Source of the DNA: Nageia nagi
Lineage: Eukaryota > Plantae > Pinophyta
Direction of reading: 5' to 3'
Length of the DNA stretch: 64,000 nucleotides
Assembly (NCBI GenBank): GCA_050084985.1
Contig: JBITNC010000002.1
Coordinates: forward strand, 3,782,001 to 3,846,000
Shown here: piece by piece, positions 41,601-53,468 of the stretch
Layout of the letters: every line of letters begins with the position of its first letter
How positions within the stretch are numbered: the stretch's first letter is position 1
The notes under the pieces: generated by a model
What the model was told of the DNA's origin: nothing
The model's input: the letters and a program-made list of their open reading frames with translations, nothing else
The model's database searches: none
Made by a program: the position numbers and the translations under genes

Positions 41601-43222
41601 AGGAGCGGGCTGAGCATTAAAAAAAACGTATGTGGGATTTGGACGTACTGTGAAGTACATCTATAATCTCTGGGTATAAATAAGAACATAATATGAGGCT
41701 TGAGTGAACTGAGCTTTATACTGTATGCTTGAATGTGGATTCTCAGGCTAAGGGTGGGGCTCTCTGGGTCCATACCGTGTGACCTTCCATCTGTAAGCTT
41801 ACGACCTCGTATGTATTTGTCGAAAAAACATCGTACGAAAGTTTTATTAATGCATTTTTCTGATTAAAGACAAATCCATCGTAGCCTGCACACTTCAAAT
41901 AATTTACCAAGGAGCGTTCCTACTGCAAAAACGAGGCAGTAGATTGCAAAAAGTTCGTCCACGCTCATCATGAACCATCATGCTCAATAAGACTACTGAG
42001 ATCTTTGTAAGAAATAGTAATAATAATAACAAGCCGTTCCAGTTCAGCTTTACGTGGATTTAAACACATTCACAGCTCAGTCAGGATTGCCAAGTACATT
42101 TTTACATGATGAGTGTAAATCACAATAGCAGAATTATAGTTGCCATTACTGCATGTACTGACGATAGTTGTCAATCTAAAAGGTAGTGATGAGTCTGAAG
42201 ACCACAAGTTTCAGCTAGTTGGCTTCTTCAATGGGAGAATGGGGATTCAGAAAATGAACATACGAGGGATAATTTTATATCTCCTTGTGAAAATGAGGGG
42301 AGGAATTATATCACTATATAGACAATATGAAGCCCTAAGGTGCTAGATTTCCTTTTTCTCCAAGCAACAGCGGATCGAAGACTTTAAACATAAACATTAT
42401 CGTAATATCTAAACATTTGCACATTCTAAATATTTAACGGATTGAATTTGATGTACTTCTCCGTAGGCTGTGTGAAACATTGGTGATTTCCTAAGTTTAG
42501 GGCATTGTTATTACAACTTGAAGAAGATTATCACAATCAGAAAATCTTATAGACACTCGTATGTTATCAAGGGTTGAGTTTAAAGACAAAACTATAAGAG
42601 ATAAGAGAGATAGAGGTAATACTCCTTAGCCAAATGCTTCACAGAAAACAGCTGATATACAATCTGGAGCTCACAATTTGTTTGGACACCCCATCTCGCT
42701 CGAAAACAAAGTAGATGGTGATTTTGGGGACGTTTCAAACTTCAAGAAGAGCGCTCAATTAATCTTGAAGCAAAAGTTTTGTTATGTTCTTCAAGTTAGG
42801 TATCTAAAAACCAGAAATAACCTAAATATTTTTTCTGTTCGATCCTAACATACAATTTCATGGTGCCCACCCTGTGCACTATTGTGGATGATGTGTCAAA
42901 CAAAAATAACATAGTTTTGGTGAAACTGGTTTTTACTTGAATTGAAACATCTAGACTACATATCTTCTGTTGCCAAATTTTGTTTATGATATGCGAGGAA
43001 ATCAAAGAGAAGTAGAAGAAGAAATGTGGTTTCTGGAACTTGTATTGTGCTTCAAGATTATTCTACAGAAACCAATCATGGCTGCAATCAAAATACACAA
43101 CGAAATGACGACATTAGAATTTCAGAGTTTGCAGAATACATCTCACCTAATGATGCGCTTGTGATGAGCAAAGAGATTTTGCCTTGAGCCGGGTATTGCC
43201 TATGCCTGTTTTTGTCCACAGC

Positions 43223-43382
43223 GGAAGAGTTTTGTGAGGGGAATGAAGCCTGGTCCGAGTCCTCCTTCCTCCTACACCATTTGTGACTTGACACTTTATT
43301 TTTGTCAGAAAGTTTCAGAACAGGTTTCAGTTTACAGGTCAGGCCTCGTGCCAGGCTGCAGTCCCCGCACATCAACTCTACC
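43223..43382 (-). ncRNA. MIR166: MIR166 precursor hairpin
   Basis: 3' arm carries exact miR166. 5' arm star GGACUGCAGCCUGGCACGAGG (43344..43364) pairs with 4 mismatches and 2-nt 3' overhangs. Lower stem GGUAGAGUUGAUGUGCGG / CCUCACAAAACUCUUCC. Confidence 0.95.
43238..43258 (-). ncRNA. miR166: mature miR166 (UCGGACCAGGCUUCAUUCCCC)
   Basis: Plus strand GGGGAATGAAGCCTGGTCCGA is the exact reverse complement of canonical miR166, which targets HD-ZIP III mRNAs. Confidence 0.97.
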
Positions 43383-43394
43383 TTTCCTTCCCTT

Positions 43395-43637
43395 TTAAAT
43401 TCCGCTAGGTCTACGTTCCCTACCTATATCCAATAAAACGACAACCACTCTTTTAGAATTCAGAAATTGCCCGCCATAGCTTTCAGAAACCAGAGGTCTG
43501 AGCCAAGTTTTACCTTGATGCAAGAGCTGCACATGGAGGACCACAATTGTACTTTCCCTCACCAACTCTCTCTTTCTCTCTATCCCCTTCACCCACAGGC
43601 TTTTCAGGTCACGGGATAGAAAGTATCTGAAATTCAT
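43395..43637 (-). CDS. hypothetical 80-aa ORF in pri-MIR166 leader (candidate miPEP)
   Basis: ATG-initiated, same strand as the hairpin, stop 12 nt before the stem. No recognisable homology. Confidence 0.25.
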   Translation of the reverse strand: MNFRYFLSRDLKSLWVKGIERKRELVRESTIVVLHVQLLHQGKTWLRPLVSESYGGQFLNSKRVVVVLLDIGRERRPSGI

Positions 43638-43859
43638 AGCCTTATTGAAAATGAAAAAAGCTGCAGCTTGCGTCTGTCAGTCGCTGGTTCCAATCTGTGA
43701 TCAGAACAAGGGTTGAAAACATTCGGTCCTCAAAATATGAACTCTAGACATTGTTTCAATTGTGCCATCATGGGAAGATAATACCCTAACGTTGTTGCTG
43801 CTCAAATTCAAGGAGGGTTTGGTTTTACATTAATTCGAAACACAACCCACAACCTTCAA

Positions 43860-43876
43860 TTATATAATATATATAA
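43860..43876 (-). promoter_or_regulatory. candidate TATA region for pri-MIR166
   Basis: TATATATATTATATAA tract ~480 nt upstream of the hairpin. Positional inference only. Confidence 0.35.
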
Positions 43877-46800
43877 TTTGGAAATGATAACCACCAATGA
43901 CAGCTCTTCTGCCTCCTATTCTTTGAATCCGATTGTCTTTAACCCTGAGAAAAATGGATCGCAGAGAAGCACACCATAGCTTGCTGCACTGATCCAAAAT
44001 TCGAAAACCCATCTTGGTTTTGCTGCAATAGATTCAGATTCAGCCCAGGACTTGTAATTTTTTAACCCAGACAAATGCTCCAATTGGTCTTTTATTCTTT
44101 ATTTTTTTCTGCAGTTGCAACCATGTTTTGTATTTTTTTTTTTATGTCCCTTGCACAAGTCTTTGTGGCGGTCGCTTTTCTATTGCGCTTGCCCATACCT
44201 TCAACCCCCTCAATGTTAGGTGAGGTGAAAGCGCAATGCTGGTGGTGGGTTAGATGATGAGAAAAAATCTTTTAATCAATTCCACTGGCGCGGTGCCTCC
44301 AACACGTGAAAGAACTTAAGTCTTTTTACCATACAAAATAAACTCCTATTATATCAATGTTTAGACAAGATTGCACGCATAAACAGGTGCAACTGTTCAC
44401 TGTGGGCAAAACAACCATTTTAGAAGCGTTAGATCGGTGGCACCTCTGTAAGGCCATCATTAATTTCTCTGCTTTCCCAACGACCAAACAAGGGCTACCA
44501 CACCCTCCTTGTCTCCCTACATCAATATATTATTTATACACCCTTTTCCTTATTTCAAATACTTCGTAGCAGCTATCCAATATCTATACTTTAGTATAAA
44601 TCATCAAATTATGAGAAAGCTATTGATTTTGAACTAATTACCCACTATATCAAAATACCATTTTTTTTTAAACATTGAATTTGAATTTATACCTCTTTTG
44701 AGAAACTTAATCTCTATAATTAATACAGCATCATTAAACCATGAAAAAGTATTGATTTTGAACTTCTATCTTTATTAAAAAAGATTACCCACTTCATCAA
44801 TCCATTGCCTAAAAATTGATTTAATTTTAAGAACGGCGTTGATGGTGGTGCATTGCATTTAGGAGAGGATTTTTCTCCGGGTATAATGATGGAAGAGGTT
44901 ATGGTATCGTCTTCTCTCCGCAAAGAAATGACGCTGCACCTAATACTAAGGCTGTGTAGCCCTTAGACCTATATGGGCCGTAGCCTTTGGACTGCGTCTG
45001 ACGCGACGTCACCATTGTTTCGTGTATGGAGAGGTGGTGGGTTCCAGTCCCGTGGGTGATGTCAGGAATGGTTGGCGTGTTTCTTTGTAACAAATAATGT
45101 ACTCTCCTGCGATGGAAATTAATACTTTTCCAGTCCGCTGAAAATTTTGGTGTTTTCGTCGTAAGACTCTGTCTACTTTATGATTATATACTTAAAAAGC
45201 ATTTCCAGGTGGCACTGAATAAAAAAATGGTGAATGTATTGACATATTTCAAGCAGGAATAAAATTTAATAAATTCACAAAAATAGTCATAGAAGTTAGT
45301 TATGTAAATTAAAGTAAACTAGTCAAATATTAAAATAAGAATCTAATCAAATTAAATGTTATATGTTTAATGTCTTCATAATTTTTCATCATTAAAGGCA
45401 TACATTTTTAGTTAGAAGAAATTGTTATTGTTATATGTTTGGAATCTATATTAATAGATAAAATAGATAAAGATATAGTAAAAAGGTGAAATATATTAAT
45501 ATCCACTAAAGATTAACTAGATCATTATATAGTATGTATATTTTGTAGTGGGAATAGAATATGGGATACATGGTACAATTAGGTTAATATATGATTAGTT
45601 CAACCAACAACCGAACCCTAAAAGAATTTTTTTTCTTTTTAAATAAGAAAAATATTTTTAACACGACACATGTGCCAAAATTCTGTATGCAAGGGAGAAG
45701 AAGGAATCTTCAAGGAAGATTTGTTGCCAAGAAAATAATCAAGATCGAAGAATCCCAAAGAATGAAAAATTCATTTCCATACATCCTAGGCTTTAGCATA
45801 AATTCAATAGATATCTAAGAAGACCTCGAAAAAATTACAATTATAATAAAAATGATTGAAAACTTCAAAATCCTTAAATATTCCGATAAACAAACTTAAA
45901 AAAAAAAAAAAAACTTCAAACGAAAGCATTTTATATAACTCAAAAGCATTTTATGTAACTCTAAATAAAAAAACTTGAACATTATGAAAACTTTTACTCC
46001 GAAAACAAAAAATTAATTCTCCATCTTATATTTAATATATCAACCATAGGCAAATGAAAGAAAAACCATGACTTTTCCCCAACCAACATAAAGAATTACA
46101 AATCCCATTATATATATACTCCTAAAAGAAAAAATCTAAAAGCCTTAACTAATTACCATGTGAACAGAACTGTAATATGTTCCAATGTCATCGGGGACTT
46201 TGTCAAAAGTAATCTTTTAATGACTTCCAAAGTAGGACTCTTCTGCACCATATACATTATTCTAAAATACACGGAATTCTGTCACAATATATTATTATTA
46301 AATCTTATTGAAGGTGGTGATGTGATAATTCAATGATTTCACAATACCATCCTAGACAAGGAGAGTATGCTTTTATTTTCTTACTTTTTATCTATCCATC
46401 ATTCCAAGTTAATGAATCTACTAAGCCGGCCGAGATACCGAAGAGGCGTTATGAGAATTCATTGTGTCTCTATCCTTTAATTGCATGATGATGTCAAGGC
46501 CATCTCTTTTGCTTCACTTTTAGGACTAACAATAGGAAAGGAATCAAGGTGGGTCCTAATATATTATTAGTCCTCTTTTGGCCCCGGTTGGTTATGACCT
46601 TTGTTCCTTCTTTCTTTCTTCTTTTCATATTGGTTGTAGCTATTTTCATTTATACTCAACTTTCGTTGTTCAATTGTTAGTTAAAAATATGATTTTTTTT
46701 TTTTTTTGTTTTAATCAATTTTGTAGGAAAGATATCTTAAATTTAGAAGTTAGGTATTTATTTAAGATTTTTAATAATGAAAATGCTTTTTTCGAAAAGA

Positions 46801-47366
46801 TATTTTCAGTTTACAAGTGTCAAAATTATTCAAACTATTATAACTCAACAAGATTTGTTATTGTGATATTTCATATTTTCAAGAGGAGATAAAAAGATTT
46901 AAATGTGATGCCTCTTGTTTTGTGAGAGATTCCACCCTCCCCTTTTCTCTAACTCCCCTAATGTAAACTCATACTAATAATATAATATTTATCTCTAACT
47001 AAATTTTGTATTAAATGAATTGAATATTTTTTAATTTTTAATTTCATATTAAAATTATGAATATTAAATATATATTTTTTAGATTTTTAAATATTTTAAT
47101 ATATTATTTATTTTGATTTTATTTGTATATAAAAATTCAAGTTATTGGATATTTTAAAAGAATTTGTGAAGTTTAACACTAATAGATTTAAGCATTTAGA
47201 ATATGTGTAAGTAAATTTCATATAACAAAGGTTTCTTTTATTATTAGCTTTCTATAAATTTCAAATGCATTAGCTTTTTATAAATTTAGTAACTATATGC
47301 AAAGAAAAATATGTTATCAATAAATTATAAATTGACTAACGTTAGAATTATAATTCTCTTACCAAT

Positions 47367-47440
47367 GGGATCTTGGTTAAATGATTAAAATATAATTGGA
47401 TAATAACACCCAAAATCAAAGTTTAAACCTCGATGACATC
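47367..47440 (+). mobile_element. possible highly degenerate SINE head
   Basis: TGGTTAAATGA and GTTTAAACC resemble C-to-T/G-to-A decayed A and B boxes. Confidence 0.25.
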
Positions 47441-49845
47441 AAATGGTGATAGTATTGAAATTGATGGTGATAATATTAGATGGTATAAATGTTGGAGTAA
47501 AACCAATGTTGATAATGATAATATTATAGACCCCATTATGGGAGTGGCCCTTAATTGAAATTACATATAATTTAGTACATAAAAAATTAGACTTTCTTTG
47601 CAAAATCTCTTCAACATACATATAATAGTAGCATCTTCACACATTCTTGGTGCATACTTTACTTGTCTGCATTTCGATTCATTGCATATCATCTTAACTT
47701 CCTTATCTATTGATCTTATCCAATGGAAAGCTTTGCTTAAGCATTTCCAGATAACAAGTTCTCTTAATTATCATTAACTATTATCTTCTTTTTTTGAAGT
47801 CTTTAATAACTTGGGGGAAATTCAAATGGATTATATTTGTTCTTGTTGTATTTGAAATAGTTTTAGAATTATCAAAGTTAAAATTAGGATTTTTAGAGTT
47901 GAAGGAGATAAAATAACAAAGTTAAAAATATAAAATTTATAAGATGTTAAATGTCCCACAATAAGGAGAAATAATGAGGTCTTTTATCATCATTATAAAT
48001 ATGTATCTAATACATCATTTTTATTTATTAAATATTTATTTCATTGTATGTGCATTGGGATATTTACCAAATTATAACATTTATTAAATTAAATTATGTT
48101 ACAAGTTTTATTATTGTAAGAATATTATCCTATAATTGATTTATAAAATTATATCACAGTTACAAGTTTTATTATTATAAAAATTACACCCTAGATTTAA
48201 TGTTTACATTTTATGAACTTGGTATTCATGCAATATTTTTGTAGTTATCTTTCAAATGCTATGTATTATTTTTGGAAGTCTTAAAACCTAGTATAGATAC
48301 CTAAATTTAATTTTTGTATTTAAATAAATACATAATTTAGGTCTCATAAGAGTGCATACATTTATGTGAGATATAATAATTGAGTAAATTCAAATTTTAA
48401 TATGTTATATTGCATTAGCCAAGGTGAATTCAAATTATTTATATTAAAAAGTAATGATACTTTCATTTGTAACTAACCAATGTTCGCTATAAGATATTGA
48501 TCAAGACACTCCTAAAGAAGTAAACCAAACTAATTATATAAGATAAACATCATGATATTTCTCTACAATACGGAATACATTTTCATGTTCTAATGAGTTT
48601 GAAGTAAAATTGAAAAACTGCAATTGGATATATCATCTTGGAGCTTTGAACACCCTTTGTAACTTTCAAATTATCAAAATTCTTCAAAAATATAATTACA
48701 AGTGGTTTGAATATCCAATATTATAATGGTACAATCTATAAATTAGGGATTTTGGGATGGTTTTAGTTCCATCAAATATCTCTTTTGTTACATATCTAAA
48801 ATCTAACTGCATCACATTGAAGGTAGTTTCAAAATTTTCCCTTAATGTACCCAGGGCATAGATAGTAGTCCCTTAATCTAGAGAAGGGCCCAAACACATT
48901 CAACAATTGGAAAAATTATATCATTTCAAGACCTTATACATATCTTAAGATAGGCATTAAAACTTATGCACTTTAAAAAAAATTTGAAACTACCTGCTTA
49001 GATTTGAAATTTAGACTTCTCACTCAAAGAGAAAGAAGTTGTGAGCCTTGGAAGTTATGGTTTCAAATCTTACGCTCAACCTTCCAAACTATTAGATAAG
49101 CTAGGAAGATTCTAATAGCTGTTAGCCTGATCTAAGTAAGTACGTTCCTTCTTACATCTTTCCTGCTTCTAGGTCTAAATCAACTCCAACATACCTCCCA
49201 CAAGACCTTAAGCCCTTGTGAGTATGGGATGGCGAAGGAGTCCAACACATAAGCAATAAAGATTGCAACCATTATGCCTTCCTTTATGGAGGAAACTCTT
49301 ATGCCCATAGGTTCAAGACCCATTAGGATAGAGAAGAATAGGTTGCTTACAGAAATCTGAGACAACTAAACATCACCTCAAGGATAAGGAATGGTCTAGA
49401 TAAAATCCATGCCTTTTGGTTCTACCCTCCCTAATAAGAATAAAGCACCCAAAATTTTGAGTAGCATAGGGTTTTTAGAATCCCATATGAAATCAATCCT
49501 TTGCTCATCCTTCATTTGAAACTCATTCTTTTCCATCTGTAAACCCCTTTCCTCCTTAGCAGGTAGCAAGGGTGATAAAAACTAGATCTTCTATCTTCGC
49601 TATCATGAATCTAGACTCCATGGAAAAGTCCTTCAAAATTTTAGAAGCCAGAAATGAAGTCATCCCAAACAACGCTTCCTCCATCGTAAGAGAGAATCAA
49701 GATATAAGGGAGAAGTTAGAGATAAACCCTTCTAGGCTAACCAGACCCAAAAAATTAAGCTCTTCAATACAAATTGAACCATAGAGGCTTCTCCTTTGGT
49801 CTTGCTTCTCGCTCTTTGTTCTTGAGGATTCTAAGACCTAAAAAT

Positions 49846-50345
49846 TGTTGGAATGTATAATGAATTATTGTAAAGGTTGTATTAAATCTTCTATGTAAAT
49901 ACATTGATGCTTAAGGGTATCATTTGATACCTTAAGTATTTAAATGAATATGATAATGTAACTTGTCTACACTCCATGTCATGAGCATGCCCCTTGGGTA
50001 AAAAGATGTGCATGTCATGCTTTTGTACATTGGATAAAAAGATGATCCAAAGAGGGGTTTTAGCTTATAAATAGAAGGCTCCCTCTTTGTGATCACACAC
50101 TAATTTATGGAGTAAATTATGCTATAGGATAGAAGTGTAAGAGTTGATATTAGGAGGATTGTAAGACAATTGTATTTGTGATTGAAGTAAAGATCTAGTT
50201 AGTGGATGTACTCCTAGAGGAACCACTTTACATATTGAGTTACTTTGTGAGATCGTCTTATTTATGAGTTTGTTAGAAGTGAAGTTGAGAGCTTTCATGT
50301 GATCTTGGTTAATTAGTAATTATCTTATTAGTGTTATTTTCTTCA
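49846..50345 (+). repeat. 5' LTR of family-B copy 2 (500 bp)
   Basis: TGTTGGAATG...CTTCA followed by the PBS. Confidence 0.93.
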
Positions 50346-50348
50346 AAT

Positions 50349-50361
50349 TGGTATTAGAGCC
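50349..50361 (+). other. primer-binding site (tRNA-iMet)
   Basis: TGGTATTAGAGCC, one C>T from canonical, 3 nt after the LTR. Confidence 0.9.
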
Positions 50362-50674
50362 CCTTGAAGGCTCTTCTTCACATCCTTGGTGTTAAGGCTC
50401 TTCTTTTACAACTTGGTGATCTTCATTCCTCATCCTACTTCTGTTATTGAGGTAAAATCAAGAGAAGGTATAATTTCCTTTATTCTTGATTATCTATTGG
50501 ATTATTGATGATACTAACTTCATATTATGTGATAGTTCATTTTTTCTTATATATAGCAATACAATGCAATTGTTATTTATACTAACACTTTCTATGGTAG
50601 TTGCAATATTTTTATTACAAAAAATGCTCTATGTATTGCTATTTTATTTTTTAAAAGGAAGGCAAGATGTTGTA

Positions 50675-50815
50675 TTTACAAAAATTTATATATATATTTT
50701 TTGATACAAAAATTAATATGTTTAAAAAAAATTATATGTTTTTGATACAAATTTTTTTATGTTTTTGATAAAAAAATTTATATGCTTTTGATACAAAAAT
50801 TTATATGCTTTTTTG
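50675..50815 (+). repeat. ~22-bp AT-rich tandem repeat (about 6 units)
   Basis: Repeated TTTTGATACAAAAATTTATATG-like unit. Confidence 0.8.
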
Positions 50816-51100
50816 ATTGTGTAAAATCAAGAGGAGGTTGCAAATATTATATAATTACTATAAGGGGGAGACACTTTTTAATACCATCTATTTTTTTTTT
50901 CAAATTCCATTTTCCTTTATATCACTTAAAGTCCCCATCGACCATAGAGAAGAGTAGTTCCTTTCCATTTTTCAAATGAGGAAGCTCTTGAAGGTCTAAT
51001 ACAACTTGAGCTTCGATATGCCAATACAGGGCTTGATGCAATCCCTTCTGCCTCAACCATATTCTTCCTGGATAGGAACATGGAATTCTCTTGCTGCCAG

Positions 51101-51582
51101 ACCCTTGAATGCTTATATCTTTTGAGGTACAAGAGATTCCTCAGTATGTCTGAGGCCGAGCTATCCATTTTGATTACAACCCCAACTTTGGACCTCTCCA
51201 TTTTGCATGATAGCAAGGTAATGGCTATCTCCACATGCTATTTGCTTGATCTGAAGCCCTTACAATGTCTTGATTGGATAAGGAATAAACAAATTAAAGG
51301 AGTTTCTATATCCAAGCCTTCCAAAGTCTCCCTAGCCTCAACTATAAACTACATGCCTAGAATCAGAATATGCTATTGTATGATCAACCCCACAAATTAT
51401 TGATGTAATTTCATAATCATCAAGATTGTTGGAACATGATTATCCTCTACATTACCATGGCCTAATTTTCCATCTTCTCCATGACCCCAAGAGCATATAG
51501 CATTATTAGGCAAAAGTGCCACACTATGGTTGGCTTTGACCAAAATGAGCAACACTGTGCGACTCCTCTCGATTTTCTCCAT
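51101..51582 (-). pseudogene. UVR8: intronless 5' fragment of UV-B photoreceptor UVR8 (first RCC1 blades), inside the retrotransposon, antisense
   Basis: Manual translation: MEKIERSRTVLLILVKANHSVALLPNNAICSWGHGEDGKLGHGNVEDNHVPT/DDYEITSIICGVDHTIAYSDSRHVVYS*G*GDFGRLGYRNSFNLFIPYPIKTL*GLQIKQIACGDSHYLAIMQNGEVQSWGCNQNG*LGLRHTEESLVPQKI*AFKG. This is colinear with the N-terminal ~170 aa of Arabidopsis UVR8 as I recall it (HSVALL, CSWGRGEDGQLGHG, VYSWGWGDFGRLGHGN, IKQIACGDSHCLA, GEVQSWGRNQNGQLGLG, SLVPQKIQAFEG). One frameshift and five stops. Confidence 0.92.
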
Positions 51583-53468
51583 TGCTACAAGTCCACCATA
51601 ACCCTAACACTTCACATAAACCCTAAACTAGCTATGAGTTGTAAGGAATTGTTGGATTTAAAAGGGGGTGTTCATCCAGATCTTACCTCCTCCTCTAAAG
51701 AGGAAATCAAAATAAGGTCTGATGCATGAGAAAGGTTCTATGATGTTTGGAAACTGTTGATGTTTATAGAGGAGGCTCGAAGGGGTTGTATGGCGTGGTG
51801 CACTGTGCATACATGATTATCCTTGCCTTCTCATAACTCCCCTCTTTTTTACTCATGCTTCTATCTTGGCCTCTATTATTGACCGTTTGGTACCCCTTTT
51901 TACTTGGTCATTTTTTACTCTTGCATCATAAGGTTCATTAAATGGAGCCCTTTCAGAGTGGCATGGAGTATATTTATTTCCAACATTTAATATCTTAGAG
52001 TTTTCTAAGTATAGACTTATAACACTAGTATGCTTAAAGAATTTTTTTTTACCATCATTACTCATTAAATCACTTTAACTTGGAGTAAAGTTAGGGTTAA
52101 AATTAAATGATGGCTTATTAAATCCTTACCTTGTCTACTTGGAGAAACTCATGAGAAGAATACTACAAGTTTTTTTTTAGAAAATAAAAAGGGGGAAGGT
52201 GATTTTTTTTAAGATGGCAAAAATATTAATTTACTTAAATTTTGTTTGCCTTTAAAGTTTTAATTTTTTTTAAGGTAAAATTTTTAAGCTTCTATTGAAA
52301 AGGGAGGAGGGAGGCATCTTAAAATCTTTTTTAAGTAAACAAGGGGGAAATTTTATGTTTTACTTAAAATTATTTCTTGGACGCATACTTAAATTTTTTA
52401 CCTCACTAAGCTTTCATTCCTTATTATATGCAAAGTTAATAAATGGACTTGTGCAAATAATGAATACTTATTACCTAATTATGGAAATGATGCATGCTTA
52501 CTTAAAATTTTTTAAAAGCTATGTAAATAATGCATTTTTTTAATGCATACTCAAGGACTTAAATTTTTTAAGTTAATGCTTAGGACTTAAAATTTTTAAG
52601 ATGCATGCTTATGACTTAAAAATGCATGTTGAGTATTTATCCTTATGCAAAAGTATGGAATGGACTTGTGCAAAATAAAGGCTGATGTAAATATGTCCTT
52701 TAGGGGTTAGTAAACAAAACCCATTGGAAACTTAGGTTTCAAGTTATGAGTGGGTGATGTTTTACTTATACTTTTTAATTTCATGTTTTGCACTTTGGTT
52801 TATTTGCTTATACAACAAAACATAAATATTGATATAAGCAACCCTCTAAAATGAGCACATTTGCACGTATGTTTCATAACATGACTTGTTTAGGGAGCCC
52901 TGATGTGAGGACAGGAAAACTGGGGCCTTTAAGTTTGATGATCCAAGTGGTGAAAAGTTTATACTTCTTAATTACCCCTAAGTCCTCTGTTGGTCTAGAC
53001 ATAACTCTATTAGGTGGATAGGCATGTGTGTAGTGATACCACATGTTCACATGTCCATTCAGGGATTATCCTGATAACCTAGGAGGAAAAATTGAAACCT
53101 AATCAAGATTAATAATTTGGTTGATCCAATAAACATCAAAACCTTGAAAAATAGCTAGTACTTCTCCTTGTGAGAGTATATTGCTACCCAACGGGAATTG
53201 GTTGAGGATTGGTAGTACTTGGGCTCCTCTTGTATGGGCATCCAAGTGAAAGCCTAATTTTAGATAAGAAAATAAGCCTCAACAATGTCACTCTACATCT
53301 ACGATTCTTGAGATGAGAAATGTATTTAGGTACATGGATTATTATTTGAATTATAAAACATTTACATTTATAAATCAAATCAAGCATATATTTAGTGTTA
53401 TATGTAATATATATTATTTACTTGTTTTATTAAAAACACATGCTTATTATTTCACATTTTTGTAGTAA

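Noticed and set aside
44181-44238. Short hairpin ATTGCGCTT...AAGCGCAAT upstream of MIR166
   Set aside because: Only a 9-bp perfect stem with a poorly paired interior, too weak to call an RNA gene.
39800-45200. Second, polycistronic MIR166 or another conserved miRNA
   Set aside because: No further match to miR165/166 or other conserved miRNAs I recognise was seen by eye. A miRBase scan is needed to exclude them.
50926-51403. ORFs 50926..51234 (-) and 51080..51403 (+) as genes
   Set aside because: Off-frame or antisense readings of the UVR8 relic.
51101-51582. Functional UVR8 gene or truncated protein
   Set aside because: One frameshift, five in-frame stops, and the C-terminal ~60% is missing.
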